Assembly: GCA_965217895.1 (NCBI GenBank)
Contig: CBDCJV010000002.1
Coordinates: 1,600,001 to 1,664,000, forward strand
DNA length: 64,000 nt
Reading direction: 5' to 3'
DNA from: Waterburya sp.
GTDB taxonomy: Bacteria; Cyanobacteriota; Cyanobacteriia; Cyanobacteriales; Xenococcaceae
Shown piece by piece: positions 51,371 through 61,364 of the stretch. The notes under the pieces were generated by a model. That model saw only the letters and a program-made list of their open reading frames with translations, was not told where the DNA came from and ran no database searches. The position numbers and the translations under genes are program-made. Numbering within the stretch: position 1 is the first letter of the stretch; each line of letters begins with the position of its first letter.

Positions 51371-51947
51371 CTAAAGCCAGTGTTTAGGATAAGGTCTACC
51401 CTCAACTAAATTACTAAAAATTACAGTAACTAAAACAATAATAATTGACCCTCCCAAGGCTGGAGTCAAAATAAAGTGCCAATCTGCATTACTCAAAACT
51501 CCAACTAAAGCAACTGCTCCTCAAGAGTGGATGCACTGTTCTGGTTAGTTGCGTTAATTTAATGGTAGTAGCTACCGCCAGAGCCATAACCCAAGGGGCT
51601 GTACCAAATAAATATACTAAAAATACGCAGGTCAATGCACCTATTGTATTACCTACAATAACATTGCATGGTTGAGCTAAAGGACTATCAGGCACACCGA
51701 AAACTAATACCGCAGTTGCTCCAAAAGGTGCAGCAATCAAAGGATAAGAGCTATAAACCGAAAGGTAAGCTAGAATTGCTATCCCGATAAAACTACCAAC
51801 ATAAGAAAGCAAAATATGTTGCCAGGAAAATTTTGGTTGGTGTTTGTGGCTTTGCTGCAAAGCGTAAAATTTACGTCTCCAACGCCTAACAAAAGAGCGA
51901 TTAATTGGTTTGTTAGCAGCAGTAGAGGTCTTTTGAGAATGTCGCAT
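51371..51947 (-). pseudogene. HPP family protein (NitM-like nitrite transporter), frameshifted
   Basis: APFGATAVLVFG.P.SPLAQP.N. The frame breaks at the HPP motif (about 51522) and resumes GAVALVGV...YPKHWL*. Confidence 0.85.
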
Positions 51948-52069
51948 TAGTTACAAGAGCGATAAGTAATTGAAGGCTATGCCACGCATCGTTATTAGAT
52001 TTAGCAAAAATAATTTAAATACAGCTAATTATGCTTTATAGTCAATATATCATGACAAAACCGCATAAA

Positions 52070-52083
52070 GTATCTTTAGATAC
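52070..52083. promoter_or_regulatory. NtcA box
   Basis: GTA-TCTTTAGA-TAC (GTA-N8-TAC) between the divergent HPP and Sua5-like genes. Confidence 0.7.
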
Positions 52084-52214
52084 AGAAATATTTAATGACC
52101 AGTCAAACTTTTGCTTATAAAAGCGATCGCACTGTAGTTACAATTTCAAACTCTAATTAACTTTGCAAAACAACGCACTGTTACCGATAAAAATTCTGTA
52201 ATTATCTACAAGTC

Positions 52215-52850
52215 ATGAATAGTCAAGTTGTCAAGCTCAATCGAAATTTAATACCTGAAATCAAAAGTCGCCTCCAAGCAGGGGAAGTCATTATTCTTCC
52301 TACAGATACTGTCTATGCATTAGTCGCTAAAGGCAACGATACAGAGGCTGTAACTCGACTCAGACAAATCAAAGCCTTTTCTTCTGCCCAACCTTTAGGC
52401 GTATTTACCTGCAAAGAAAAAGCAGAGCAAGTGGTGGAAATTGATCGAGTCGCTCTACAAATGATGAATCATTTTCCCTATCCCGTGACGATGATTATGC
52501 GGGCAAAACCTACTTTATCCGAGGCGGTAACCAACGGATTTAAAAATGTTTTTGTCACCTGTCCAGATCGATTTATTTACGATCTAGTTATGGAAATACC
52601 TTTTCCCATTGTGGCAACTTCTGCTGCTTTTGCAGGCATTCAAGCAACTAATGCCGATCTAGCGGTCAAGTTTTATGGCGACAAAGTTTCTTTAATTGCC
52701 GATGGTGGTGAGAGTAAACACGGCAGAAGTGGCACTTTAGTAGATTTTACAGTGGAATTGCCAACTATTATGACCTATGGCACAGTTTCTCTAGACGATC
52801 TTAGACCTTTAATTCCTAACATTGTTCTTCCTGCCCACATGAGGAAATAA
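52215..52850 (+). CDS. Sua5/YciO/YrdC family protein (divergent TsaC paralogue)
   Basis: GEVIILPTDTVYAL, PYPVTMI, VATSA and GTLVDFT. Confidence 0.8.
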   Translation: MNSQVVKLNRNLIPEIKSRLQAGEVIILPTDTVYALVAKGNDTEAVTRLRQIKAFSSAQPLGVFTCKEKAEQVVEIDRVALQMMNHFPYPVTMIMRAKPTLSEAVTNGFKNVFVTCPDRFIYDLVMEIPFPIVATSAAFAGIQATNADLAVKFYGDKVSLIADGGESKHGRSGTLVDFTVELPTIMTYGTVSLDDLRPLIPNIVLPAHMRK

Positions 52851-52942
52851 AAATGAAGAGTTAACAGTTTTCTGAACATTCGTCTCAAGCATGGCTTAAT
52901 TAAGTTATGAAACGTTAACTTGACCAAGGTACGGATAATTTT

Positions 52943-52956
52943 GTATCTTTGAATAC
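52943..52956. promoter_or_regulatory. NtcA box
   Basis: (T)GTA-TCTTTGAA-TAC(A), 56 bp upstream of the next ORF. Confidence 0.7.
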
Positions 52957-53012
52957 AGAAAGTATTTTTAATTTATGATGTTACGTGCTTTAAAATAATT
53001 TAGGAAAGAACG

Positions 53013-53279
53013 ATGAAGCTCCAAAAACCAAGCGAACAAAATTCGGCAGTGCAATGGTGTTCGATTCCTCTGAATCGGACTCAAGAAAAAACAGCTATGC
53101 CCCAACCCCAACCAGATACTTGGGTGCAACTGTTAGAACCAGAATCATTTAGTTCTCTTTGCGACGACGAAGCTTTGCTGCTTTGTCAAATATCAAACTG
53201 GGAGTGGGCTGCTTGGATTCCTAGCCACGGTGAAGCAGTGATTAATATCGAGCAGTTTTGTTTTCCTGTAAACATTTAG
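53013..53279 (+). CDS. Small hypothetical protein
   Basis: 88-aa ORF with WVQLL.P...DEALLLCQ...W.AWIP.HGE; follows an NtcA box. Confidence 0.6.
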   Translation: MKLQKPSEQNSAVQWCSIPLNRTQEKTAMPQPQPDTWVQLLEPESFSSLCDDEALLLCQISNWEWAAWIPSHGEAVINIEQFCFPVNI

Positions 53280-53500
53280 TTTTAATTGTTACTGCCTCAC
53301 TGTTTATTTTTGGTAAATACCTAATCAGCTCGTATTTAGGTAAAAATAGCCTGGGTTCAGCCTGTGATGCTGCTGGTTCTTTGATTGTCTTTTTAGCTTG
53401 GGTATTTACTCGGCTCAGATTTTATTATTTGGTGCAGAGCTTACTCAAGTTTACACTCGCAGATATGGCAGTAAAATTCGCCCCAATAGTCATGCAGTAA
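53279..53500 (+). pseudogene. YihY/BrkB family C-terminal fragment
   Basis: TASLFIFGKYLI..YLG...AAGSLIVFLAWVF, then a frameshift, then SAQILLFGAELTQVY. Confidence 0.75.
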
Positions 53501-53575
53501 TGATTGACTCTTCTAAGGATAGATCTGATTGACAGTTATTCTCATAATTGTTCATTCAAAGTTGAGAAGTATCAA

Positions 53576-53734
53576 TTAGTTTCCACGATAGGTACTGTAG
53601 CCGTAGGGACTAACAATTACTGGCACATGATAATGTTCTTCAGGATCTTCTACGTCAAAAACTACGTTAATTTCTGGAAAAAAGGTTTCTCCATCTTCTG
53701 ACATATCAAAAGTAAGTTTGTAAACACCTTTTTC
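53576..53734 (-). pseudogene. uraH: 5-hydroxyisourate hydrolase (transthyretin-like) C-terminal fragment
   Basis: KGVYKLTFD...FFPEINVVF...[19 protein letters not shown]. Confidence 0.85.
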
Positions 53735-54158
53735 GACCATACCCAGCTTTTTTCATCTCAGGAGCGCATAGTTGCGATAACCGCCAGGCACTAAATACAT
53801 TTAGTTGAAAAGTTCGAGCAAAGTCATCTACCGAAATATCTGAGGGGCTTTCTTTTCCAGCACCACCACCGCCAACGTTGTTGACTAAAATATTTATACT
53901 GCCAAACTCATCAATTGTACGCTTGACTAAATTGCTTAGATCTTCGTCTTTAGTTACGTTACAGGATACGGCGATCGCTTTTCCGCCTTTCTGTTTAATT
54001 TCATCGGCTACTTTTTGAGCATCTTCTGTTTTTAAATCTGCCACGATGATATTAGCACCAGAATTAGAAAGCATAAGACAGCATCCTTTGCCAATACCGT
54101 TTCCACCTCCTGTAACGATCGCAGTTTTACCTTCTAGGTTAAATAGTTCTGTATTCAT
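53735..54158 (-). pseudogene. SDR oxidoreductase 5' half (truncated before the catalytic YxxxK)
   Basis: TGGGNGIG and LVNNVGG; it ends at KKAGYG, where the uraH fragment begins out of frame. Confidence 0.85.
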
Positions 54159-54306
54159 GATCTTTGTTGTTTGTGGTTAATTTTGTTTAATCGAAACGCC
54201 TTACTAAATCTAGGTATGATTCTCAGTAATTTTAAATCTCAATCGAGTTGTAGCTATCAGCTAATAGCTAATAGCTACGAGAAGAAGTACTCTGTAAGTT
54301 ATACGT

Positions 54307-55677
54307 TCAATTACCAGCGTCGATTAAATAGTCAGCTACGGCTTGATAGGCTGGTAGGGAATAAGGGTCGTTGGCAGAATTAGCGGCAACGGGATGAGAA
54401 GCAAAACGCACGATAACCATCTCGGCCGTAGGATCGATATAGATAGTTTGTCCGTGTATGCCCCGTGCAGCAAATGCACCGTTTTCATTATTGGTAATCC
54501 ACCACAGATCTCGGTAAGACCAACCTTTCAATTCATCATGATCTGACTTCGCAAATTTCTCTTTACTTCCGCCTTGTTGAATATCTTCGATGGCACTTTG
54601 AGGAATAATCTGTTCGCCCTGCCAATTTCCTTTACGGCGAATCAGTTCTCCAAAACGCCCCAAATCGCGTAAACCTGCATTGAATCCGCCTCCCGCCGAA
54701 GGAGTCCCTAATTCATCTACTGAATAATAGCCATCCTGTTCCATACCAAGGGGCTGCCATATTTTTTCAGATAGCAACTGCGCTACTGATTTTTCCGTCA
54801 CTTTAGAAACGATCCAACCCAAAGCATCGGCGTTTACAGTTTTGTAGCCAAAAGCTTCACCATGTTCGCCATCCTTTTGTACCGTTTGCAGATATTCATA
54901 ATAGCCAACAGGTCCATTGTAATCTTTGGGCTTGGGAAGGGGAGTTCCCGCGATCGCATATTGCCAAACTTCAGCGTTGGGATCGGCATAATCTTCGCTG
55001 TAATCTAAGGCGGTAGTCATATCCATTACTTGCCTGACGGTAGCATCGCCAAAAGCCGAATTTTGTAGTTCAGATACGTATTCAACTACGGTTTTGTTTT
55101 CATCCAGCAATCCTTCGGCAGCTAACATAGCACCTAACGTTCCCGTAAACGATTTAGTCAGGGACATGACCGCGTGTTTCCCAACCTCGTCTAAGGCAGC
55201 AAAATACCTTTCATAAACAATTTTGCCTTGATGTAGGATCAGTATGCCATCGGTATAATTCTTCCCTAGAGAAGCTGCCCAAGTCATTTCTTCTTCCGAA
55301 TTCCCAGGAACAAAAGTTAGCGTGTCGATATTTTCATCTAAATCGTATTCAAAGGGAATTGTTGCTTTGGTTATGCCACGGGAAACATCAACTGTAGGCA
55401 TAAACTGCCTCATGTGCGCCACACTATAGCGTAAAGCGGGAAATTTGAAAAAAGAGCCATCGGCAAGCTTTAAGCGTTTATCTTCTGGAGGTGGGAAGCC
55501 CTGCATCCAGCCCATTTTTATCGGGTCGCTTTCCCCAGCCGAGAGATATTGCTTTTCTTGGTTATTTTGGGCAGATGAATTCACGGTGATAAAAAATACA
55601 GCAAAAAGTACAGTTGTGAGTCCTAAGATATTTTTGGAAATACGAGAAAATGATAGAAAATGATTTTTACGCTTCAT
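54307..55677 (-). CDS. Secreted serine hydrolase, beta-lactamase/6-aminohexanoate-dimer hydrolase family
   Basis: Signal peptide, SLTK (SxxK), FGYKTVN and ARGIHGQ.IYIDP. Confidence 0.88.
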   Translation of the reverse strand: MKRKNHFLSFSRISKNILGLTTVLFAVFFITVNSSAQNNQEKQYLSAGESDPIKMGWMQGFPPPEDKRLKLADGSFFKFPALRYSVAHMRQFMPTVDVSRGITKATIPFEYDLDENIDTLTFVPGNSEEEMTWAASLGKNYTDGILILHQGKIVYERYFAALDEVGKHAVMSLTKSFTGTLGAMLAAEGLLDENKTVVEYVSELQNSAFGDATVRQVMDMTTALDYSEDYADPNAEVWQYAIAGTPLPKPKDYNGPVGYYEYLQTVQKDGEHGEAFGYKTVNADALGWIVSKVTEKSVAQLLSEKIWQPLGMEQDGYYSVDELGTPSAGGGFNAGLRDLGRFGELIRRKGNWQGEQIIPQSAIEDIQQGGSKEKFAKSDHDELKGWSYRDLWWITNNENGAFAARGIHGQTIYIDPTAEMVIVRFASHPVAANSANDPYSLPAYQAVADYLIDAGN

Positions 55678-55716
55678 TGAGTTTTGTTTTCATGTGTCTT
55701 TAGTAGATTATCTAAA

Positions 55717-56004
55717 TTAAGTGTCGTCGCCTCCGAAGCTAATATTTCCACCAATACCTAGATATCTGCTAGATGGATTAGCTTCTCTATTTACAACTTC
55801 TACTACATCTACTTCTACATTTTCTCGCTCAAATTGAGCAAGCTTTTTGGCATTTGATTTTACGATCAAAGATCCTAGACTTTTTGCATTAGAAACGCCT
55901 GACTGTTCAGTCGCCTGAGCATTAGCAGCTAACGGTTTAAGCAATAGTAATATTGTGGCAAAGCCGAAGAATAGACAAGTTGATTTGGTTTTTAAAGAAA
56001 ACAT
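55717..56004 (-). pseudogene. Exported protein 5' fragment, probably a truncated outer-membrane beta-barrel
   Basis: Signal peptide (…PLAANA), ending abruptly after YLGIGGNISFGGD. Confidence 0.5.
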
Positions 56005-56145
56005 TAAATTTGTACTCCTATCAATGTATCGAGTTGTGTAAAAACCCCTAGCAATATTTTTTGACCACATCTTGTGGTGTACCTCTGACTCGGTTGAGAT
56101 ACTTTTGAGCTATTGCTTTATTTATAACCAGAAGTTTTGAGGAAC

Positions 56146-56715
56146 TTATAGAGTTGCACCTCCGCTGAGTATCCAATCTGCCTTTGATAGTCCCAAGCCA
56201 ACTACACAAACTGGTGGCATCAATGCTACAGCGATCGCCGTACCAGCTAAACTGGAAGAGGTTTTCGGCTCTACTTTGGCAAAACCAGCGATCGCCCCCG
56301 CTGCAATCGCTATTCCTAAATCGATTATAGTCGGTTGCGATCGCGATGTTATCTCGCTACCAAATTGAGGAATTGCCACCATAAATCCTAACAGCCAAGC
56401 TAAAGCAATTGAGATCGCTGTTCCTACGGCAATTGCCTTAAATGACTTATGAAACAAAGCCACGTCGCCAGCCAAGGCTGCAAAGGCTAAGGATCTGATC
56501 GGCAGCATCAAAGGAGCAACAATCATAGCACCAATAATCACAGCAGCACTATTTGAGAGTAGTCCGAAAGTAGCAATGGCACAAGAACCTATAGTCAATG
56601 CTAGATAGTAGACATCCAAGTTTGATTCTTCTGATAAACCTGAATGCATTTCCTGTATCTCGGCTGGATGAAGTTTTCTAGCACCTAATTTTTTAAAATG
56701 GCTGCGAAGACTCAC
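56146..56715 (-). pseudogene. DUF389 membrane protein, 3'-truncated
   Basis: IATFGLLSNSAAVIIGAMIVAPLM and GTAIAVALMPP; it stops before the remaining TM helices. Confidence 0.75.
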
Positions 56716-56748
56716 TTAATGACCTTTGTTCTTGTATTTATTTATAAT

Positions 56749-57105
56749 TCATGCAAAATTAAAAAAAGTAGTAGGATCGAAAGGCTTATTAATAAATCCT
56801 TGGATTCCAGAAGCATAGAAGCGACGACGATCTGCTTTTTGAGCTTTAGCAGTCAAAAAAATTACGGGAATATGCTTAACTTGAGGATTACCCTGTAGCT
56901 GCTTGAGAGTTGCCAATCCGTCCATTTCGGGCATCATTACATCCATTACGATCGCATCTGGCTGTTCGGTTTCGGCTTTAGCGATGCACTCCTGTTCTGA
57001 AGCTGCGGTAAACACCGTCCATCCTTCTCGTTTTAAACCGACACGAGCCACTGCTAAAATTGAAGCTTCGTCATCTACAAGCAAAATGCGTTTATCATTC
57101 ATCAT
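56749..57105 (-). CDS. Single-domain response regulator (last helix apparently clipped)
   Basis: ILLVDDE, MDVMMPEMDG, FLTAK and KPFDP. Confidence 0.85.
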   Translation of the reverse strand: MMNDKRILLVDDEASILAVARVGLKREGWTVFTAASEQECIAKAETEQPDAIVMDVMMPEMDGLATLKQLQGNPQVKHIPVIFLTAKAQKADRRRFYASGIQGFINKPFDPTTFFNFA

Positions 57106-57156
57106 TTATCATTTAGCTAGCTGGTCAATGTTCAATGTTCAATGTTCAATGATTGG

Positions 57157-59193
57157 TCATAGAGGCAACTTTTCTGACGATTCTAAGTTAAGTTTAGGCA
57201 GAGTAAAATAAAACGTGCTTCCCTTACCAAACTCACTTTCAGCCCAGATGCGACCTCCGTGTTCTGAGATAATTTTGTAACAGATGGGCAGACCCAAGCC
57301 AGTACCTCCTTTGTCTCGCGAGTCGGAAGCATCTACCTGTTTAAATCGCTCAAAAATGCTGCCTAATATATCTGCGGGAATTCCGCGCCCTGTATCGCTA
57401 ACTTTAAATAAAACCTTGCGTTCTAAGTTTTCAACTGTAACCTGAACCGAGCTATTAGGTGGGGAAAATTTGATCGCGTTGCTGAGTAAATTGGTTAGAG
57501 TTTGGTAGATATGATCGCGATCGATATTAATGATGATTGAGATAGGTTTTGCTACCAAAGTAATATTTTCAGCTTTTGCCATTGGTTGCATGACTTTGAT
57601 CGCTTCGCGAATTAAAACGACAGCATCACACGACTGTTTAACCATTTTTACTTTGCCTGATGCAATTCTCTCTAAGTCAAGCACATCATTTACCAGACGC
57701 ACTAAGCGATCCGTATTGGTTACGGCAATATTTAGCATTTCGCGGTCTTCTTGGGATAATCCACTTTGAGGATTGGTTACAATCAATTTTAAAGCACCGT
57801 ATATAGAGGTTAAGGAGGTGCGTAATTCATGACTAACTACCGAAATAAATTCATCCTTCATCTGTTCGGTAGCTTTGCGATCGCTGATATCGTTAATTAA
57901 ACTAAAAAATCCTTCTACTTTTCCTTCTGAGTTGAAATCGGGAATATAGGTAACATTAACCCAACGTGAGGAGCGATCGCTTGATAAGATTTCATTTTCA
58001 TAGTTTACTATCTGCCCTGACAAGGCTAATTCTACATACTGTTTGATTTGCTGGTAATTCACCTCGCCCAGAATCTCTCGAAGATGGCTGCCAATAACTT
58101 CAGTACTGGGTTTTTTGTGCCAATCTTCATAAGTCTGATTGACAAATTGATAGCACTGGTGACAATCGACATAAGCGATTAATGCGGGTAAGGCATCTGT
58201 GATTAAACGAAGCTGTGTTTCACTTTGCTGCATTGCAGCTCTAGATTGTTTTTTTTCGGTAATATCTAAGATAATTCCATCTAACCACTGAAGTTTGCCA
58301 TCAGGGTCGAAGATTCCTTGTCCTTTATCCTCGATCCAAATAATTGCTCTATCTGAGCGAGTAATTCGATACTCAACCGTATAAGATTTTTTCTTGGCGA
58401 TCGCTTTATGAACTTCTCCAAAAACGCGATCGCGGTCTTCTGGATAAATAATGCTGTTAAAAGATCGACCTTGATTGTAGACAAAATCGCTAGCTGCATA
58501 ACCAGAGATTGTCGTAATTTTATCGTTCAAGAATTCCATCGTCCAATAAATATCGTCGGCACAACGGTATATTGCGCCTGGAACATTAGCGACTAGAGTT
58601 TTGAATCGTTCTTTTACATACTGGTAATCTTGTTCTATTTTGTGGGCGCTTATCTTTGACTGCCATCCCCGCTTCTCGATCTGGCGTACATTATCAACTT
58701 CGGCTAACACGGAAAGATATTGCTGCAAATGTAATAGTTCATCATCTGAAACCAGTCCTTCAAATGGCAAAACACGCACTAAATTTCCATACTGCCGATA
58801 AAGTTTCTCAGGCGAATCATCGATCGCAATTATCTTCTCTAATGCGTATCCACATCTTTTCACCTTCTTCAAATCTTTGATCCAATATGAGGCGTAGCGT
58901 TTGTAATCGAATTTACGGACGCATCGCTCTTGTGACCAGAGAAACGCTAAATCTTCTTTTTTGCTGCCAAATAAATTCAAACTTATCTCTTCGGCATAGT
59001 CTTTTGAGGAAGATGTCCAAACGGCTACCGCCGAAAAAGATGCAAAGCAAAAATCGATAAACGAACGAGCATGAGGACGCACGTATACAAAATATGGTCC
59101 AACAACAAAATCCTGGACTCGCTCTAGAGGCTTTTCTGCTGCATGGATTAATGTTTCATCAAGATCTAGAATGATTATTTTATCAAATGTCAT
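57157..59193 (-). CDS. FCP1/NIF-type HAD phosphatase - PAS - PAS - histidine kinase fusion
   Basis: LDLDETLIH, VYVRPH, VWTSS..YA, IKDLKK and IDDSPEK (NIF); two PAS/PAC domains; SHELRT, NLLSNAIKF, DTGRGI and GGTGLGL. Confidence 0.85.
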   Translation of the reverse strand: MTFDKIIILDLDETLIHAAEKPLERVQDFVVGPYFVYVRPHARSFIDFCFASFSAVAVWTSSSKDYAEEISLNLFGSKKEDLAFLWSQERCVRKFDYKRYASYWIKDLKKVKRCGYALEKIIAIDDSPEKLYRQYGNLVRVLPFEGLVSDDELLHLQQYLSVLAEVDNVRQIEKRGWQSKISAHKIEQDYQYVKERFKTLVANVPGAIYRCADDIYWTMEFLNDKITTISGYAASDFVYNQGRSFNSIIYPEDRDRVFGEVHKAIAKKKSYTVEYRITRSDRAIIWIEDKGQGIFDPDGKLQWLDGIILDITEKKQSRAAMQQSETQLRLITDALPALIAYVDCHQCYQFVNQTYEDWHKKPSTEVIGSHLREILGEVNYQQIKQYVELALSGQIVNYENEILSSDRSSRWVNVTYIPDFNSEGKVEGFFSLINDISDRKATEQMKDEFISVVSHELRTSLTSIYGALKLIVTNPQSGLSQEDREMLNIAVTNTDRLVRLVNDVLDLERIASGKVKMVKQSCDAVVLIREAIKVMQPMAKAENITLVAKPISIIINIDRDHIYQTLTNLLSNAIKFSPPNSSVQVTVENLERKVLFKVSDTGRGIPADILGSIFERFKQVDASDSRDKGGTGLGLPICYKIISEHGGRIWAESEFGKGSTFYFTLPKLNLESSEKLPL

Positions 59194-59227
59194 TGAACCA
59201 AAATCAGATGATTTATTTCTATCTTAC

Positions 59228-60646
59228 TTAAGATTGATATTTAACAGGATTCTTTCGCAAGCGATCGGCTTCTTCCACAATTTCGTCAAATCCTCCTTGG
59301 GCAATTTTAGCAACGTAATTAATTTTAATTTCTTCTAACATATCTACTAGTAGAGACTCAATATCCCGAAGATTATTTTTCTTTTGTAGTTCTAGTTTCA
59401 AAGCATCACGAAAATTTGTTAGCAAACGTTCAGATAATTGGGCTGCAACAGGATCTTTGACACCTTTGACTATATTGTTATAAGCCGTTTGAGAAAAATC
59501 TTTTGCTAACTGTTCGCCAAATTGAGCGGGTAATTCCTGAAAACCAGGAATATTTTGCAATCTTTGGTAGATAGGCGATCGCTCAATAGTACTTGCGATC
59601 GCATGATGCAATAAAGCTTCCAAATCTGGTTGAACTTGAGGAAGAACGTCGTGGACACTTATATTTACTAAACGAGTCGCAATTGCTTTAACTTCATGGC
59701 GATTATTAACCCGGACATAAGAACGATGTTCGGGATGAAGCAGCCGATGTGCCACCTCACCTCTTTTAATAGACTTCTGCACCTGATTGATAATTTGAAT
59801 GCCTAGAAGTTCGGCAATTTCTTCAATAAAACCAAGAATAAAACCATAGTTAAGCTGCTTACGTAAAGGCTTTAGATTTAATAAATTGGCTTGATATAGA
59901 CGAACCGTTACAGGAATAATTCGTAGGAATCGCCATAAGGGAAGTATTAAAGGGAAGTCATACCAACGGCGTAATAGTGCCTCCCACCAGCTTAAATGGG
60001 AATTACGACGGCTAATATAGAAGGTACGAATTAATATATCTAGGGCAAATATAATTATAAAAGGTAAATCGATTAACCAGAAATAGTCAACGAATTTGCC
60101 GAACTTACCCAGATCTCGATAGTAATTAGTAGCAATTAGCGGTTTAATTTCTTTGTCAAAAAAACTAATTTCCGATTGCCAACCTGCTTCATCAAGATAA
60201 GCCTGACTCCAAAAAGTAGCAAAAGTATTGCCAGGGTCGTTTTGACCTAGGCGATCGCTAAGTTCGTGCTTAATTTTTTCTAAAGTACCGCTTTTGCCAA
60301 TCGCTGCAAAGGGATTATCTTCCAGCAGGCGATCGCTTGTGATTCGCAATTTTATCAGTTCTTCTTGGGCTTGAGGTTTATCTAATTCCTCTGTTGAAAA
60401 CTCTTTTAAGGTATTAAATTGTTCTAAATAGTCTTCCGTTATCGGCTGGGGTTCAATTCCTTTAACTGGGTCATAAAATTGGGTCAAGGGTGGGGAAGCT
60501 TGCAGGTAAAAATCGCGCCAGGGTACGTAACTATAATCGAATAAGACTATAGCAAAATTTACCAGAGCCAGAATTGCCACTAGCTTCGTAATCCAATTCT
60601 TTTTCTGGGACTTTTTGGCGATCGCAGATTGAGATAAAATATTCAA
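59228..60646 (-). CDS. Hypothetical membrane protein
   Basis: 472-aa open frame with three or more hydrophobic segments and a helical C-terminus. Confidence 0.75.
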   Translation of the reverse strand: MNILSQSAIAKKSQKKNWITKLVAILALVNFAIVLFDYSYVPWRDFYLQASPPLTQFYDPVKGIEPQPITEDYLEQFNTLKEFSTEELDKPQAQEELIKLRITSDRLLEDNPFAAIGKSGTLEKIKHELSDRLGQNDPGNTFATFWSQAYLDEAGWQSEISFFDKEIKPLIATNYYRDLGKFGKFVDYFWLIDLPFIIIFALDILIRTFYISRRNSHLSWWEALLRRWYDFPLILPLWRFLRIIPVTVRLYQANLLNLKPLRKQLNYGFILGFIEEIAELLGIQIINQVQKSIKRGEVAHRLLHPEHRSYVRVNNRHEVKAIATRLVNISVHDVLPQVQPDLEALLHHAIASTIERSPIYQRLQNIPGFQELPAQFGEQLAKDFSQTAYNNIVKGVKDPVAAQLSERLLTNFRDALKLELQKKNNLRDIESLLVDMLEEIKINYVAKIAQGGFDEIVEEADRLRKNPVKYQS

Positions 60647-61364
60647 AAAACTACCTTATTCTCCAAATTTTATTAAAAAGCTTTAAGCTGCAAACTAATA
60701 AGTTTGAGGTAAAGCCAATATCCATTAAGCGTTAAATATTTTACAAAACAATCACTAAAAAGGCAGATAATGCTAAAGCAAAAAGAAGTGCTTTTTCCAT
60801 TTGTTTACTAAGCATTTTTTAGCAAAGCTAATAGTTAATAGCTACCGCAAAGCGGTTTTTGAATTTACTTCGATGAATGGTAACGATTGAAGATTTCATC
60901 GGTAATCCACTGAGTAGCTCTTGAAAAATTTTTTCTGGGAACAAAGCGATCGCGATAATTATTCGTGTAATCGACTCTGTTGAGCTTTGTGCGAGATATA
61001 TATGCAGCGAAATCAATTTAAAAGATAGCTTTTAATAAATATGGTCAAAAGGGAGACAAATTCTTTGACTTTCCTCACAAGTTACTCATAACTTTTGCTT
61101 AGTTTAGATAAAACTGAAAAAGACAAAAAGAGAATTTTAAATATTTATCCAACTAAAGTTAGATTTTTTTTATGCCTTTAGCTAGAAGTAAATAAGGGTA
61201 CTCAATCTTTAAGGTAGAGGCAGAAAAACAAACAGAATGCTCAACCTATTGCTTATTTATGGTCAGAATTGAGATGATCTTTTCAATCGTAATTCTCTAC
61301 CGTAATAACTGTTCAAGAGGGTCACAGAACAAGATCGCCAACTAATACAACTAAAGCTTCTGCT

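Noticed and set aside
57127..57150. AATGTTC x3, plus CCTTATC x3 near 29917 and TAGCTAA-like repeats near 54251
   Set aside because: These are ordinary cyanobacterial heptamer tandem repeats with nothing distinctive.
60828..61016. 62-aa minus-strand ORF
   Set aside because: It has a TTG start, no recognisable motif and no clear RBS.
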